From positions 1,210,529-1,274,528 of the forward strand of contig NW_019091360.1 in the NCBI RefSeq assembly GCF_001949145.1: a stretch of DNA of 64,000 nucleotides, written 5' to 3'. The stretch comes from Acanthaster planci. Its lineage: Eukaryota. Shown here in pieces: positions 40,657 through 52,450 of this stretch (positions are counted from its first letter, which is position 1; the number at the start of each line of letters is the position of its first letter). A model generated the notes under the pieces. It did not search any database. It was given only the letters and a program-made list of their open reading frames with translations, and was not told the DNA's origin. The position numbers and the translations under genes were made by a program.

Positions 40657-41424
40657 ACAGAGGAAACTGGTCTGTAATGTCCAATTGTATTTTTCACTTA
40701 ACAGTAAATATGAAAATTTTGTACAAGTGCATGACATTCAAATATGGCATAGCTGGTATACGTAAAGGTCACAACAATACATGAAGTAACAAGGCACCCT
40801 ATCTTGTTCCGACTTTGGTCTTATTCATCCTTGTTCTGTCTTTTTGTTTTAATTCCATTTTACTCCTAGATCTCCTCCTGTCAGAAGTAGAGACACTTCC
40901 AGTGGCAGACATCCATGATTCTAGCACCGACAGCGAAGGAGATGACGAAGACGACCAAGGTCCATACCCAGTGATAGTGCCATGCCTGTTTGCTGGACTG
41001 ACCAGGAGAAGAAATCAGAGTGGGTGAGGTTCATCTTCATCATTTTATCTTCGTTTTTTGTAGCTCCATGGTGAACTCTCTGTTGTGGATATAATTATGA
41101 AATCATTCTCTATTAAATTTATGTACTTAATTTGATAAGTAATTAAATATTTCCAGTCATTATAAACTAATAAGTTTGAGTGTTAAAGTGAAACTGTCAC
41201 TGTGTCAAACCTTTTTCCTTAACGTTGAATGGACTAGGGCAAGTTTATTTTTAATGATCGCCAGCTGTGTGCAGGACTACCTCGTTGTCTGGTTGTCACA
41301 CTCAGAAAACTTGTCACGTCTTCATCGCTGCGCTGCTTGATTTCTGTACGTTGTTATGTTATAGCTTCACAATCTTCTTGATTGGAATTAAGATTTCTTC
41401 AAGATTAACATTAGAACTGATAAA

Positions 41425-44400
41425 ATGCCGCCGGGAAAATGTTCCTTCAACGACCGTTGGCTGCAAATGCCAGAGTATCGTGAATGGCTACAAAGAGATA
41501 CCAAATACAGCTGCATGTAAACTTAGCATGAAGACGTTTGATGTTTCAAACATGGGTGAACGAACCAGCTTTAAGAAGACACGCAAAAGAAAATAAAACA
41601 CAAGAAGCTTCTTTCAGACAAAGTGGAAAGGAGTGACTACTCCATCAGAGATTTTTCAGCAGAAAAACAACCAGTGATACAGCAAGTTCTGCAGCTAGGC
41701 CTACCCAACCACCCGCGGAACAGGCCGATCCTACCATGCAGCCAAAGTCAAGCACCAGCTTAGCCTCACTTGATTCATTTGTAAGCGGATTGTATTCGGA
41801 TTGTCTCAAGGCGGAAATCAACTGGACTCTGAAGGTTGTCAAGTCACATTACTCCTTCAATCCATCGACCGGTGTGAAACAAGTCTTTGCTGAGATGTTT
41901 CCTGATTCAGAAATAGCTAAACAGTTTTCTTGCTCAGAATGAAAGTGTTCTTACCTCTGCGACTTTAGGATTGCACCCCACTTTTGGGACATACTATCCG
42001 AGAAAATTGGCGACCAAGGCAGGTTTGTTGTGCTGTTTGATGAGAGTTTAAACCAGAAAGCCAAATGGAAACAGATGGACCTGCATGTTCGGCTCTGGGA
42101 GGATGGACATGTATGTACATAAGGCCTACGTATTTTCTTGCATTTTGTGTTAAATTTGGTTATCAATTCAAGGAATTCATGGCAAGAATTCTGTAGGGAG
42201 TCAGTTCAATAACATGATTTGAACATTAAAGTTGCACTACATTGGTGTCTTGACAACAGATGACCCTAGATGAGTATAAGGATTACCCACATACAGAAAT
42301 TTTCCGATTCCATTTGCTGGAACAAGGATTGGCAGAACTGAAAAAACCTGTTGAATTGGGCCAATGTGGAGTTATTGCTGTTTATACTACGGACATGGGC
42401 ATTTATTTTGTGCTGCTAGTCTAGCATACTGGACAATCCAGAGGCTGTTCATTGGTTGTTTCTTTGTGCTGCAGGTGTGCTCACAATGGAAGTGGACATG
42501 AAAATATTCAACGGCATTGGAAGGATAAGAGCATAGCATTATTAATGTTGTTTTACAGGCCATGACTCACTACTACACGTCTGTGCTTATGGGTCATGCA
42601 ACTGCTCTGGATTAGGTGGTTAGCACAGAGAGCTTGAATTTTAACAAAACTCATCCAGATATCCATGGATGGATCAGATGTTAACTGGAAATTCCACCAG
42701 TCGATGCAAGACAAGCTACTGACCCGAGTATGGCAAAACCCTTCTGAATAGTTGGAGCTGTGGGCTTCACACAATCCATGGTGCATTTACAAATGGGTGT
42801 GTGGCCTCTGGATGGCCCATTCAGAAACTTCTCTTGAGCAAGTACAGACAATTCAAAGATACTCCAGCAAGACGAGAAGACTACACCAAAGCAACTGGAT
42901 CCCACGTCTTCCCTGCCAAATTATGCAGTCATCATTCGGTGAAAAATGTGCCAGTGGTAGAGAAAGCGACTGAGATATGGCCAGATATGAAGACCTATGT
43001 GGAGAAAGTGAAAGCCCAAACTGTGCCAAACCCAGGAACTGTATCATTTGATACAGTAGCATCTTGATCCAAAGATAAGTTGATGATGGTGAAACTTCAC
43101 TGCTTCCTGTTCCTTGTGAAGACCGACGGGCTAATGATGCCCTTGGCTCAAGAACTGGCGACTGCTGTTGGGTCTCCTGAAGAGATTTGTCAAGAAGGAA
43201 TTCATACAGGAGGCAGATTCACTGGCCAAACTGATGAAACTTGATCCAGAGGACAAAGAAATACATTGCAATACCACCAGTGTAGATGTAGGTTTCTCAG
43301 CCAGATAAGAACCGAGGAAGCTAAAATCACCAAGCAATCCAAAGATCAGCGAGGAGGCCATCGAGGTGAAACGGGAATGCAAAGCTTTTCCTTGTAAAAA
43401 CCACACTCAAGCTTCTGCTCAAGTCACCACTGAAATATGCGATGGTCAAGTACATGGCATGTCTCAGTCCAGTACAGATGGCCACAGCCAAAGATGAATG
43501 TGTCACCAACATGAAACAGCTGATGAGTGCACTGGTGAGAGCTAAACGAATCAAAAGTGGCTTATCTTATGATGAATGTCTTGATACAGTTTCACAGCCC
43601 GACAGTCATTCAGTATTTCGTAGCTTAGACCCATTCGAAGATGTAAGCAGCATAGATGCTCTGTTCTCCGAGGCCATGGCTAGAAACAAGCAATACAAGA
43701 AACTGTGAGGTAGGGTGCAGGATCTCCTCCTTGTGTCTCATGGGCAAGCTACAATTGAGAAGGGATTCTGTCAACAAACAAGCCTGAAAACGAGCAAGAA
43801 CAGTCTGCCATTGCAAAATGGCAGATCTGCCATCACATTGAGAGTGTTCGGGGGTATTCTGCATGAAGACCTCTACAAGAAACTTCTAGTTTTGCTGCAT
43901 CTGCACGTCAGAAATACATGTACTTTTTGGAGGAACAAAGAAAACAGATGGAAACCAAACAAAATGAAAAAAGGAAAACACCGATGGAGAACATCGAGTG
44001 TCTGAAAAAGGAGAAACAAAGGCTAGAGGCAGACATAAATGCACTAGTTCAATCAGCTGACAAGTTTGCTGTTGAAGCTGAGTCATCGAGCAAGCTGACA
44101 TAGATCAGTCAAACACGAAGAACAGCAAAGACAAAGCAAGTGGAACATGCAGATGCCACTGCGTCTCTTCAAGCTTCAGTTGACAAACTTAGGCAAAAAC
44201 ACTACAAGTGAAGAGGTAAGTAGCCAGTTATACAGAAGAATAAAACAAAAGTAACAGTTATTTCAGGTACAGGTTGGTATGCACTTACTGCACTGTATTG
44301 CGTTACTACATGTATATTGTATTGATATATTGTATTGCATGTCCAACCTGAATTAAGTCCTGGGAAAAATCAAACTTTTGACTTGGAAAGTCCTAGATTA

Positions 44401-44429
44401 TTTTTTTTCACAAGGGTGTATGAACTCTG
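41425..44429 (+). mobile_element. Third hAT-like transposon: heavily decayed transposase + right TIR
   Basis: MPPGKCSFNDRWL.., MFPDSEIAKQFSC, FVVLFDESLN..QMDLHVRLW, intron 42111-42558, SMDGSDVNWKF, PARREDY, VSHGQATIEKGF. Terminus GTGTATGAACTCTG (reverse complement CAGAGTTCATACAC) preceded by GTCCTGG/GGAAAGTCCT motifs. Confidence 0.78.
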
Positions 44430-44850
44430 GTATTTGAATATTCGATCACCAACTAAATACTTGAAGAGTTATTTGCTGGTGTAAATATGGTATAAGTAGT
44501 AATGGTGTAAGTCGTAAAAAACGTCTGACACATGTGCCTTTATGTGATAGTATGTTAACAGTAAAGTACTTACAGGCACACTAAAAACAATGTGACTAGT
44601 ACTCCATAACATTGACTACTACAAAAAAAATGCCAAACACGCCACTTGCAACATTTTACCCAACATGGTATGCCGTTTACACTGGCACAAGTTTTAAAAA
44701 CATGATTGGTACATTTAGGATATTCTTTAATACAAGTTGAAACTAAATGATAGAACTGTCGAAAATGAACACAACTATCTTAAGACCTTTGGTCTCAAAT
44801 TAGACACTAGCTACGTATATTCAAATGAACTGTTAAAACAGTAGACCTTT

Positions 44851-44909
44851 GCCATGTTGGACTGGCCCAACATGTTGGGACTGGCCCAACATTAGGTGGG
44901 ATGGGACGG
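44851..44909. repeat. Orphan transposon terminus with duplicated ATGTTGG(G)ACTGGCCCAAC motif
   Basis: Two copies of the motif, then TTAGGTGGGATGGGACGG; abuts the truncation point of the PHIS transposase. Confidence 0.5.
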
Positions 44910-45565
44910 TTGCCTACGACCTTCCACCGGGCCATAGAGATGTGTGATCAAACCATACGGTATGACCACAGACTGGAATTTGATTGCATGGATTCTTCTG
45001 TATCCACTGTAGCAAAGTGGCTGATGACAACTTGCCCTACAGATTGGACGAACTGTCCCATCAACAAAACCAGTACAATTTTGTAAAGGTGCGCCCTAGT
45101 TGTGAATGGCATCTGTATAAACTTGTAGGTGTGCTGGATCAAGCCCCTGGTTCTCAAAAGACAGTAAACAATAGTGATGAGAAGTGTATCGGATGTCCAC
45201 AGTCTAGTTGATGATTAGAAACAGAGTTGATTTTGGTCAACCGAACAATTCTTCCAAGTCCGAAAGACGATTTGGATATGCAAATCTTCTTAAAACTACA
45301 CAGACAGCATTGATGCCACTGCAAATCGAAGCATTTTTCAGCGTACGAGTTTCTGGAACACCAAGTAAATTAGTGATGCGATAAATGTTATTTCTCGTGA
45401 ATCTGAACTTGTCGAAACACTGATTGTCTGTAAGTTTTGACAGGTCAAAGCTTGGCCACACTGGATTGCAAGTCACTCTTTTTGGTTAAAGGTGCATTTG
45501 CTGACGAAAGTTAAGTCATCGTTCTCAATCGCTAAAATCAATCAAGTCGGGGTGGCCGCTGCCAT
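44910..45565 (-). pseudogene. PHIS/Harbinger-type DDE transposase, N-terminal half
   Basis: FDLSKLTDNQCFDKFRF..VLRRFAYPNRLSDLEELFG*..GAPLQNCTGFVDGTVRPICR..HAIKFQSVV..HLYGPVEGRR; several stops; truncated before the second catalytic Asp. Confidence 0.88.
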
Positions 45566-46152
45566 CTTTAAATCCTCACCGAAGAGCCCTCTGGCATGTC
45601 CGAAGCTCACCATTCTAAATGTAACCGTGCATGAAATACGAAACCATAAACACGAGCCATCTGGGGTGTCCTTACCGCGTTTTACAGCTATTCGTAGTCG
45701 TCTTTCAAACCGTGCGCTAACGAAACCTTTCTATTGACACATTTTTGTCCGAAATAACTGAAAAAGTGGACAGTGTAGTTGGTTTGTACCCGTTGTTGCA
45801 GACTGTGAAGGCGCCGGCGGACAAAGCATACTACTCAACCTACTAAGGCAGGGCACTGGATGGACGAATAATTACAACATATTTCTCCGTCTCGTGTAAT
45901 CAAATGATTGTACGTTTTGATCAACACATACCCAAGCAGCTTAGTAGGTGTGATCATTATAAAGAATGGACTCTAAACAATTTCATTAGAATTAAGGTAC
46001 AGTTAACTTCCATCGTATTTGGTAGGTGGCTGTTGTATTGAAATTACTACGGCTTCAGCCGATTCGTGACGGGTGAACGATGGGAATTAAGCAAGCGACC
46101 CATCATCTCCATGGTTTTCCCCTAAGATTGTTCTGTTTTTGGATTTAAGGTA

Positions 46153-46313
46153 CGGGGAGAGCGCGAACGCAGTCCCCACTATCAGAAATTGTACTCCCGA
46201 GTTCCCCACATTTGGGGGAATCGCACGGGTCAACCCGCCGAAGTGCAATGGCAAGGCCTCGCCGTGGGAGAACCGCCTGCTTGATCACGGTATCTCCTGA
46301 GCCAGGTAAGTAT
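46153..46313 (-). ncRNA. RNU1: U1 spliceosomal snRNA
   Basis: Reverse complement reads ATACTTACCTGG..GATCAAGCAG (loop I)..CATTGCACTTCGG (loop II)..CCCCAAATGTGGGGAACTCG..AATTTCTG (Sm site)..GGGGACTGCGTTCGCGCTCTCCCCG; 161 nt; A-rich 3'-box-like CAAAAACAGAA downstream. Confidence 0.97.
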
Positions 46314-49267
46314 GATTATTGGAATGATTTACTGGCTCATATACTTCACCGTGCAACACCACAATCACAGTGTGCTGCCAGCCAGCAAACCATCAACAGA
46401 AGCTGTGGTTTTGCCCAGTAGATCACGCATGCGCAATTTTCACAGATACGGCCTATGTAAATTTCGCGGTTTAGCTCAACGTGCGATTCGAGACCGATCG
46501 ACACACAGTACATGTACTGTACAATGTGCAAGCACAACGATCATACTAAAGTACACGTACATGTTATTTATCTAGACCAAGTTTCCTACGATGTCATAAT
46601 CGTGCTGGATGGACCGCGATGTGTTGTGATGGTAATGAGTGCATAGTGCTGTGATGGTAATCACTTATTCAAGATAAACTGGTCAACCATGCAGCGTTCG
46701 CACGTGCGCTTTTACAAGGTTGAAACTGCAATGCGGTAACTGTGGCCCAAGCAGTCCATATGCGGTAATATTTTTACATTCAGTGCAATCCAGTCACGTG
46801 GGCTAAAAAGGTATGCAAAATATCCACGTATACGTATGTATCGCAGAGCCTAGCCGCTCATGGAATGTTTTTTTGGTCCGCATGTAATAATGTAGACTTA
46901 CACATACATGTACAGCCATGTTCATAATACCTACATTAAAAGGCATCTTTTAAAGAGATTTTGAACAGGTCACTTCCAGTAAGGTGAGTTTACTTATGTT
47001 CGGCTACGTCAGAAATTAAATAACTGGAAATCAAGCTAGAGACGTGTTCGTTCCATCGACAACCGTGCCTTTTCTTGCACTACTCAAACCCACAACGGCC
47101 GTATCTCACTTGGCTGCGACAGCTCGCGACTATTCGGGGACACAAAAAAAAAATGCGAGAAAATCCGCGAATCTAGCCACAATTTTCTCTTGGACTCGCA
47201 CTGATTTGGTACTTATGACACATTAGTATGTCGCACGAGTTGCCAGCAAACTTTCGGCCAGAAATCGCCGACGAAATTGTGAATATTTTATGTCTCGCGC
47301 CTGGAATGTCAGATTTTCATTTTTTAAAACAATCAGTCACAGTCTTTTTTCACAGGTCACCAACCCCTTACAAAGTTGTCTCATATTTCTTGCACTTTCT
47401 GACTCAAACAGTCGCAGCCCAGTGAGGCTTTACCCAATTAATTGGACTGGCAAAAAACTTTCTTGTCGGAAAAAGGACTTTGTGGAATCAGCTGTCTATT
47501 CGACAGTTGAAGAAAATGGAGAGAGGGACAGAAAACAAAGCGCCAGTGTTTGTTGCTTGTCCTGAAGTTGGACTTACTGCATGTGATTTCGAGGAGACTG
47601 AAACGGAAACAAACTGCCTCCGTTGGAGGGTTAAAGCAGAGCCAACTAATTCAAATGTAGTGCATGTATAGCTAAAGGGACCAATCCAAAGAAACGGAAG
47701 TGAAAGTTTGCATCTGCGTCGCTCAGAGACTTCAAATGTTCCGGTCGGTGGGAATGGGACCAGGAGGCCGCAGTTGTACCCATCTTCACAGAGGTGAACT
47801 GCTAGCCATTGGCCTTCAACAAGTTTTAACGGAGCCCCATATAGCACATGCACAGTCATAACACGTTCGTGTTTCTAGAACCATTTAAACATTAGGCCTT
47901 AATCATGTGAACTAGGAATGAAACAATACCCGTTTGTCTCTTGCTGTCTATCTGTCCTTAATCAGAAACAAAAGTTGAAGTAAAATTTTTGATGATTTCC
48001 GTTTGTTTACCGTCATAAGGTATCAACTTCTGATTTTGCCTTTGGGTAGAAATCTCGAAACGTCAGACTTTCCTACTTTTTTCAGTTCATAGTTTGATCA
48101 CGGATGACATAATTTGCTGATAAAATAATAGAGTGGCAAGCCTTTCATGTCGCCATTGCATGGTCTTATCGATAAGTCACGCCGTTTACGTAAAAAGATT
48201 TCTTGTAGAGGATGATTGAGGTACTTTCTGTATCGTGTAGGCTACATGTATAAGGAATCCCGTCTCGGAAAGATACAGGGATTACGTTGAGGTTAGCTCG
48301 AACATTCGAGCAAATATATTGCCCACCAACCCTCGCTAGGCAGCACGTACACTCACTGCATACGCAACGGGCATGGCGAAACCATGCGCAGATAGCACCA
48401 ACCAAGCGATAACGGAAAGGACTGACGGCAAATGTGTCACGTGATATTTGGATTTACCACTCGGTATGCCCATTTTCGGTCGATGGCTTCCCATAAAAAT
48501 TATGGTGTGCTATAGACGATAAACAAAGATCCTCCAGACCATGATTAAAAGTCAGTAGTTCCGTTCTTTAAGTACATCCCCCCACTCAGTCCTGCCCTTC
48601 TTAAAATGAAGGCAAGTTTTAGGACGGTTATTTCACCTACGACAGCAGGATTTCGCTAAGGGGACAGGGGGACACACGTCCTTTCCAGGGTTCATCCGGG
48701 GTCCAGCTGCCCGGTTAGTCTTTTTCTCACACCCATGGAGCCTGTATGTAAAAGACTGTAGAGGTGCATGAATACAGAAACTTATTTATTAGATTACAAA
48801 GAATGCCCCTACACGTACATTGAAATACATGTAATAAACTAAGAGTGACTGTTAAAATAACCGTCTCCTATTCTTTGTGCTTAATCTTTAGTTCCACCAT
48901 GCTGACACTGCTGGAGATAATTGGTACCACAACTTACAAAAATGTTAATCGAACCAACAGTTTGCCCCCCCAAAAAACACGTTAAAACCCTTTAATATAA
49001 ACAACTTATACAAAAGAATGTTGTACCCTGTTACAAAAACTGTTGGTAGTGTAACACTGTTACACTACCAACAGTTTTTGTAACAGTTGTAATGTGAACA
49101 TGGGTTTTAGATCCATGAGAACTTTTTGTCAAATTTTGCCCAATCCAAGTGTAACTGCTCCTGGCTGAACGAAACACGACTTTTACTATCAAAGGTGTTT
49201 GCAGTGGTTTCACAGTTAATGTTATTTACTGACGGTAAGCTGCTGTAGGTATGTAGAACATGCCCAG

Positions 49268-51544
49268 CTACTTGCATTTACTATTTCTTGCTCTACTTTG
49301 AGTGTCCTGCTCCATCTCGGCAGCATAGAGGACTTTGTGGACTTGGAATTTCACTCTTGACCTGAGAGGAGGGGGTAGTTTCCTGCAAATGGCTGCCATT
49401 GACTGGAAGAACATGTCATCTTCGTCCCCCTGCACTGCCCTGTGCTGTCTCTCTTGGAATTGGTAAGACTCTTCCTTTCTCTGTTCCCTGGAATCCGAGT
49501 GCAGGGGTACTGGGGTCGTGAATGAGTTCTTACTGCTGGTGCCATCCTGCTGGGCTTCGCTGGGCTCACCTTGAAGTTCACTATCTTTATCGCTCCCACT
49601 GCAAGCGATCTCATACTCAACATCCGAGTCGTCATTCGCCGTGATGTTTCTCTGTCTGTTATTAAAAGGCAAAGCAAAAGATGCACAGAACAATACAGTC
49701 CTGGGTATCTTTTTGAAGAAGCATAACAACTGCTGTATGGAATGAACTATGGCTGAGTCAATTCAAATAAATGAATATCTGAGTACACATATTCAACCTT
49801 CCAACTGATCAAAGATTGGAATGTATAGTTGTACTAAATTCACACAAAGCGGTAACAAAATTTACATATTTTACAAGATTAAAAAAAATCTTAAAGAAAA
49901 AAGTAATTTTGGATCTTATTGTTGAACAGATGCATATCATTAAGCCACATCCAAATTTTCTCGTAACGAAGATATCCCTGCAAACTGCAATTTCGTGACC
50001 AAATAATTGAATTTTCCCATTCATTTCACTTTGATTTCAAAATATTTGATTTGAATATAAATATATAAATGTTCGATATATGATTCAGAATCCATATACA
50101 TGTATTCGAATAATCATTACAGCCCTAGAATTGACCATACGATTAAGGTTAAACTGGAGTATTATGCATTGTGCAGTGTGTACCTTCTTAACTTAAGGTA
50201 CGGCTGTAGAAATTCCAGAATATGTTGGTATTTGTACGGTTTGACCTTCTTCCCCGCCTTGCCACTTTTCATCTTTTGCTTGTTCTTGGACCTCACAAAG
50301 GCATCCCAGATGTCTTTCCATCTCTTGGCAGCTTGTGTTCCTGATGATGCATGCGAACCAAGAGAAAAATAATTTACTTTTAATAAATTAATATCATGTT
50401 ATTGCTTTCTTTGCAGGATCCTGACAAGGGGTGACTCATACAAGAACATACAAGTTATGGGGTTGGAAATGCCACTGTCTCCTACTGAAACCCTACCTAA
50501 TGCAACTTATATCTTGGAAGAAATAACCGTATACAAATCTTCAGTTACAGACTTTCATATGCTAAGCGAATCGGGAAACCATGTTGGCTGCCTGACAGCA
50601 ACTGTACAACAGGAGAATACAATTCCATCCAGAAATAGACAATAAAATCAAAGCAACATGCATCCTACTTTACTGCCCCAATAATAAGAAAACCATCAAA
50701 TCCAGACAGGTTTTGAGGAAGTGTGCAACACAGATTCCTGAAGTGAAAACTTGGAGCATGTTGTGCCCCACGAAAAGCCTTTGAAATACATGTACGTGAT
50801 TGCTTCATAAAACAAGTGTCTAAACCTTGTAAAGTCAGCAGGCAGAGAAAATGATGCATACTTCGGACGAGAGAGAGAGACCGACTACAGATCCTGAGTT
50901 AACCTGAGTTTATACTTCTTCATTCACACTTCTGTTAAATAATCATCAGTTTAGGCCTAATGATGATTTGCAAATTGAGCATTTTAAAATTAAAATCAAG
51001 TAAAAATAGCCTACTGTAAGGAACCAAAGGATTTAAAAAATCACTGACCCCACATAAAGATCGAGGAAACAACTGAACGTGACACTGAAATGAGTAAACC
51101 AAGCAAAAGAATTTGCACATACAACATGTACAACATGCATGACATGTACATACCTCGATGACTATTGTATTGGCCTGCTGTCGAGTACTTCACAGGCCCA
51201 GTAGGCCTACCTCAGTGTACATGTACGTTTTAGCCAGGACAAGTATCGTGTCTCGCACGTGTGCACGTACACGGTACAGTACGACTACGAATGCGTGCAT
51301 GCACTAGGCCCAAACTCATCATGCATAATAGGGCCTGCGCCCACTACGGATATGACTGAATGAAATGTCTTTCAATTCCTTTTTTTTCATCACCTGGCAT
51401 GTCCAGTCTCGCCCCAACAGTCTCCCATACATCTCGCTTTTGGAGAGCACCTTTCCAAGTATTCAACGACGTGTCATATAATAGAGGGTGCCTTTGGACT
51501 TCGAGTATTAAGCTCTCGTTGCTGTTTCTCTCGTGCGCCGCCAT
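49268..51544 (-). CDS. MADF-BESS domain protein (Adf-1-like), 231 aa
   Basis: Exons 51544-51394, 50340-50184 and 49655-49268, GT-AG, phases 1 and 2 consistent, no internal stops. MADF: LILEVQRHPLLYD..W..V..AAKRWKDIWDAF..YKYQHILEFL. BESS: DEDDMFFQSMAAICRKLPPPLRSRVKFQVHKVL. Confidence 0.88.
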
Positions 51545-52264
51545 GTTTGTACCGAGGTGGCGCAACCAGTGACGTCACACTGAACGAAACCTCTGATTAG
51601 CTAGGATTTGGCGCCCCGCGTCAACGCGTATCATTGGGGGAAAATGGCTTCAGCTTTTCAAACATTGCGGTTCATTAGTTCATCTCAATAGTTCATTTCC
51701 GTTAGTTGCAGGAAAAAATAAACATTCTAGCGAAAAGCCATCAGCAAATTTGATACCTTCACGCCTTTCTCTGCCACTCTTTTGAAAGATTCGAATTGTA
51801 TCAAAATGTAAATTCTCCACGAAAAGAATTTTAGGCCACCTATTACAAAGTCTCGATTTTTTCAAGGATAAAAATGTGTTAAAACTACCGTGTAAATAAT
51901 ATTTGCCTTCTAGTCTGATCCCCCAAAGTGCAAAAAGTACATATTTTATGGGTATGAGACATAGAGCAAAATCAATAACTTTAATGTAAATAACCCCCAG
52001 AATCGGACATCCACATCAGAAAAGTGCGACAAAAATATACGTGTCTATTAGGAAACCATCATTTGAATTTTAGTTTCCAGCATTTGTGTAAATAATGGGC
52101 AACTGCCCATACGGTCTTGGAGAGGCTTCGCCAGATCGAACGCAAATCTCGTCTCGCTTTCCTCTGATCAAATGCTATATAACTTTTTTTAAGGGAGAAT
52201 CTGTCGTCTTTCCCGATTCCCGCTGCCTTGTTTGATAAACTGAATTTCTCTGAATTTAATTGTA

Positions 52265-52450
52265 TGGGGAGACCGCGAACGCACCCTAACTAGGCTACCC
52301 AAAATTGCACCCCGAGTTAATATTGGGACCATAACGGACGTGGGGTCTACGATCCGGTAGTATAATAATCTCAGTCTACATTTCCGCGTCGCGTCACACT
52401 GGGCCCGCTACAGTCTAATATAACGTGTCGCACCGGCGAAAAAGGCTGCT
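52265..52450 (-). ncRNA. Highly diverged U1-like Sm-class RNA or old U1 pseudogene; 5' end approximate
   Basis: 3' part AACTCGGGGTGCAATTTTGGGTAG..GTGCGTTCGCGGTCTCCCCA aligns with the U1 3' part; loop-II-like ATTATACTACCGGAT; no ACTTACCT. Confidence 0.5.

Larger units (their letters stand above)
33329..41022 (+). mobile_element. zf-BED hAT (Ac-like) transposon; left end present, right end not found
   Basis: Begins CAGTGTTGTA followed by dense GTACTCG/GTACTTG subterminal repeats (33340-33530); contains a spliced transposase pseudogene. Confidence 0.75.
33916..41022 (+). pseudogene. Multi-exon zf-BED hAT transposase, frameshifted and 3'-truncated
   Basis: Exons 33916-34087 (BED finger CLFC..GTTSNFIKHLRKKH), 35045-35626 (TTTVDIWSD, ITDNALNMKKAF), gap, 36602-37075 (TRWNST), 37424-37599 (AAVLDPRF) and probably 40870-~41022 (phase-1 join ELK-D-LLLSEV, acidic tract; less certain). 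Confidence 0.8.
27946..45732. mobile_element. Decayed PHIS (PIF/Harbinger-ISL2EU group, Pangu-like) DNA transposon hosting multiple nested TEs
   Basis: 40-bp TIRs 27946-27985 (AGAATGGTTTCATTAGCACACAGTTTGAAAGACGACTACG) and 45693-45732 match at 36/40. AT flanks both ends. Convergent Myb/SANT-like ORF (+) and DDE_Tnp_4-like transposase (-) lie just inside the ends. Confidence 0.85.

Noticed and set aside
27946..45732. Giant cargo-carrying transposon with host genes
   Set aside because: All recognisable internal coding content is TE-derived and decayed; no captured host gene seen.
46212..46421. ORF and perfect-looking splice donor CAG/GTAAGTAT on + strand
   Set aside because: It is the reverse complement of the U1 5' end.
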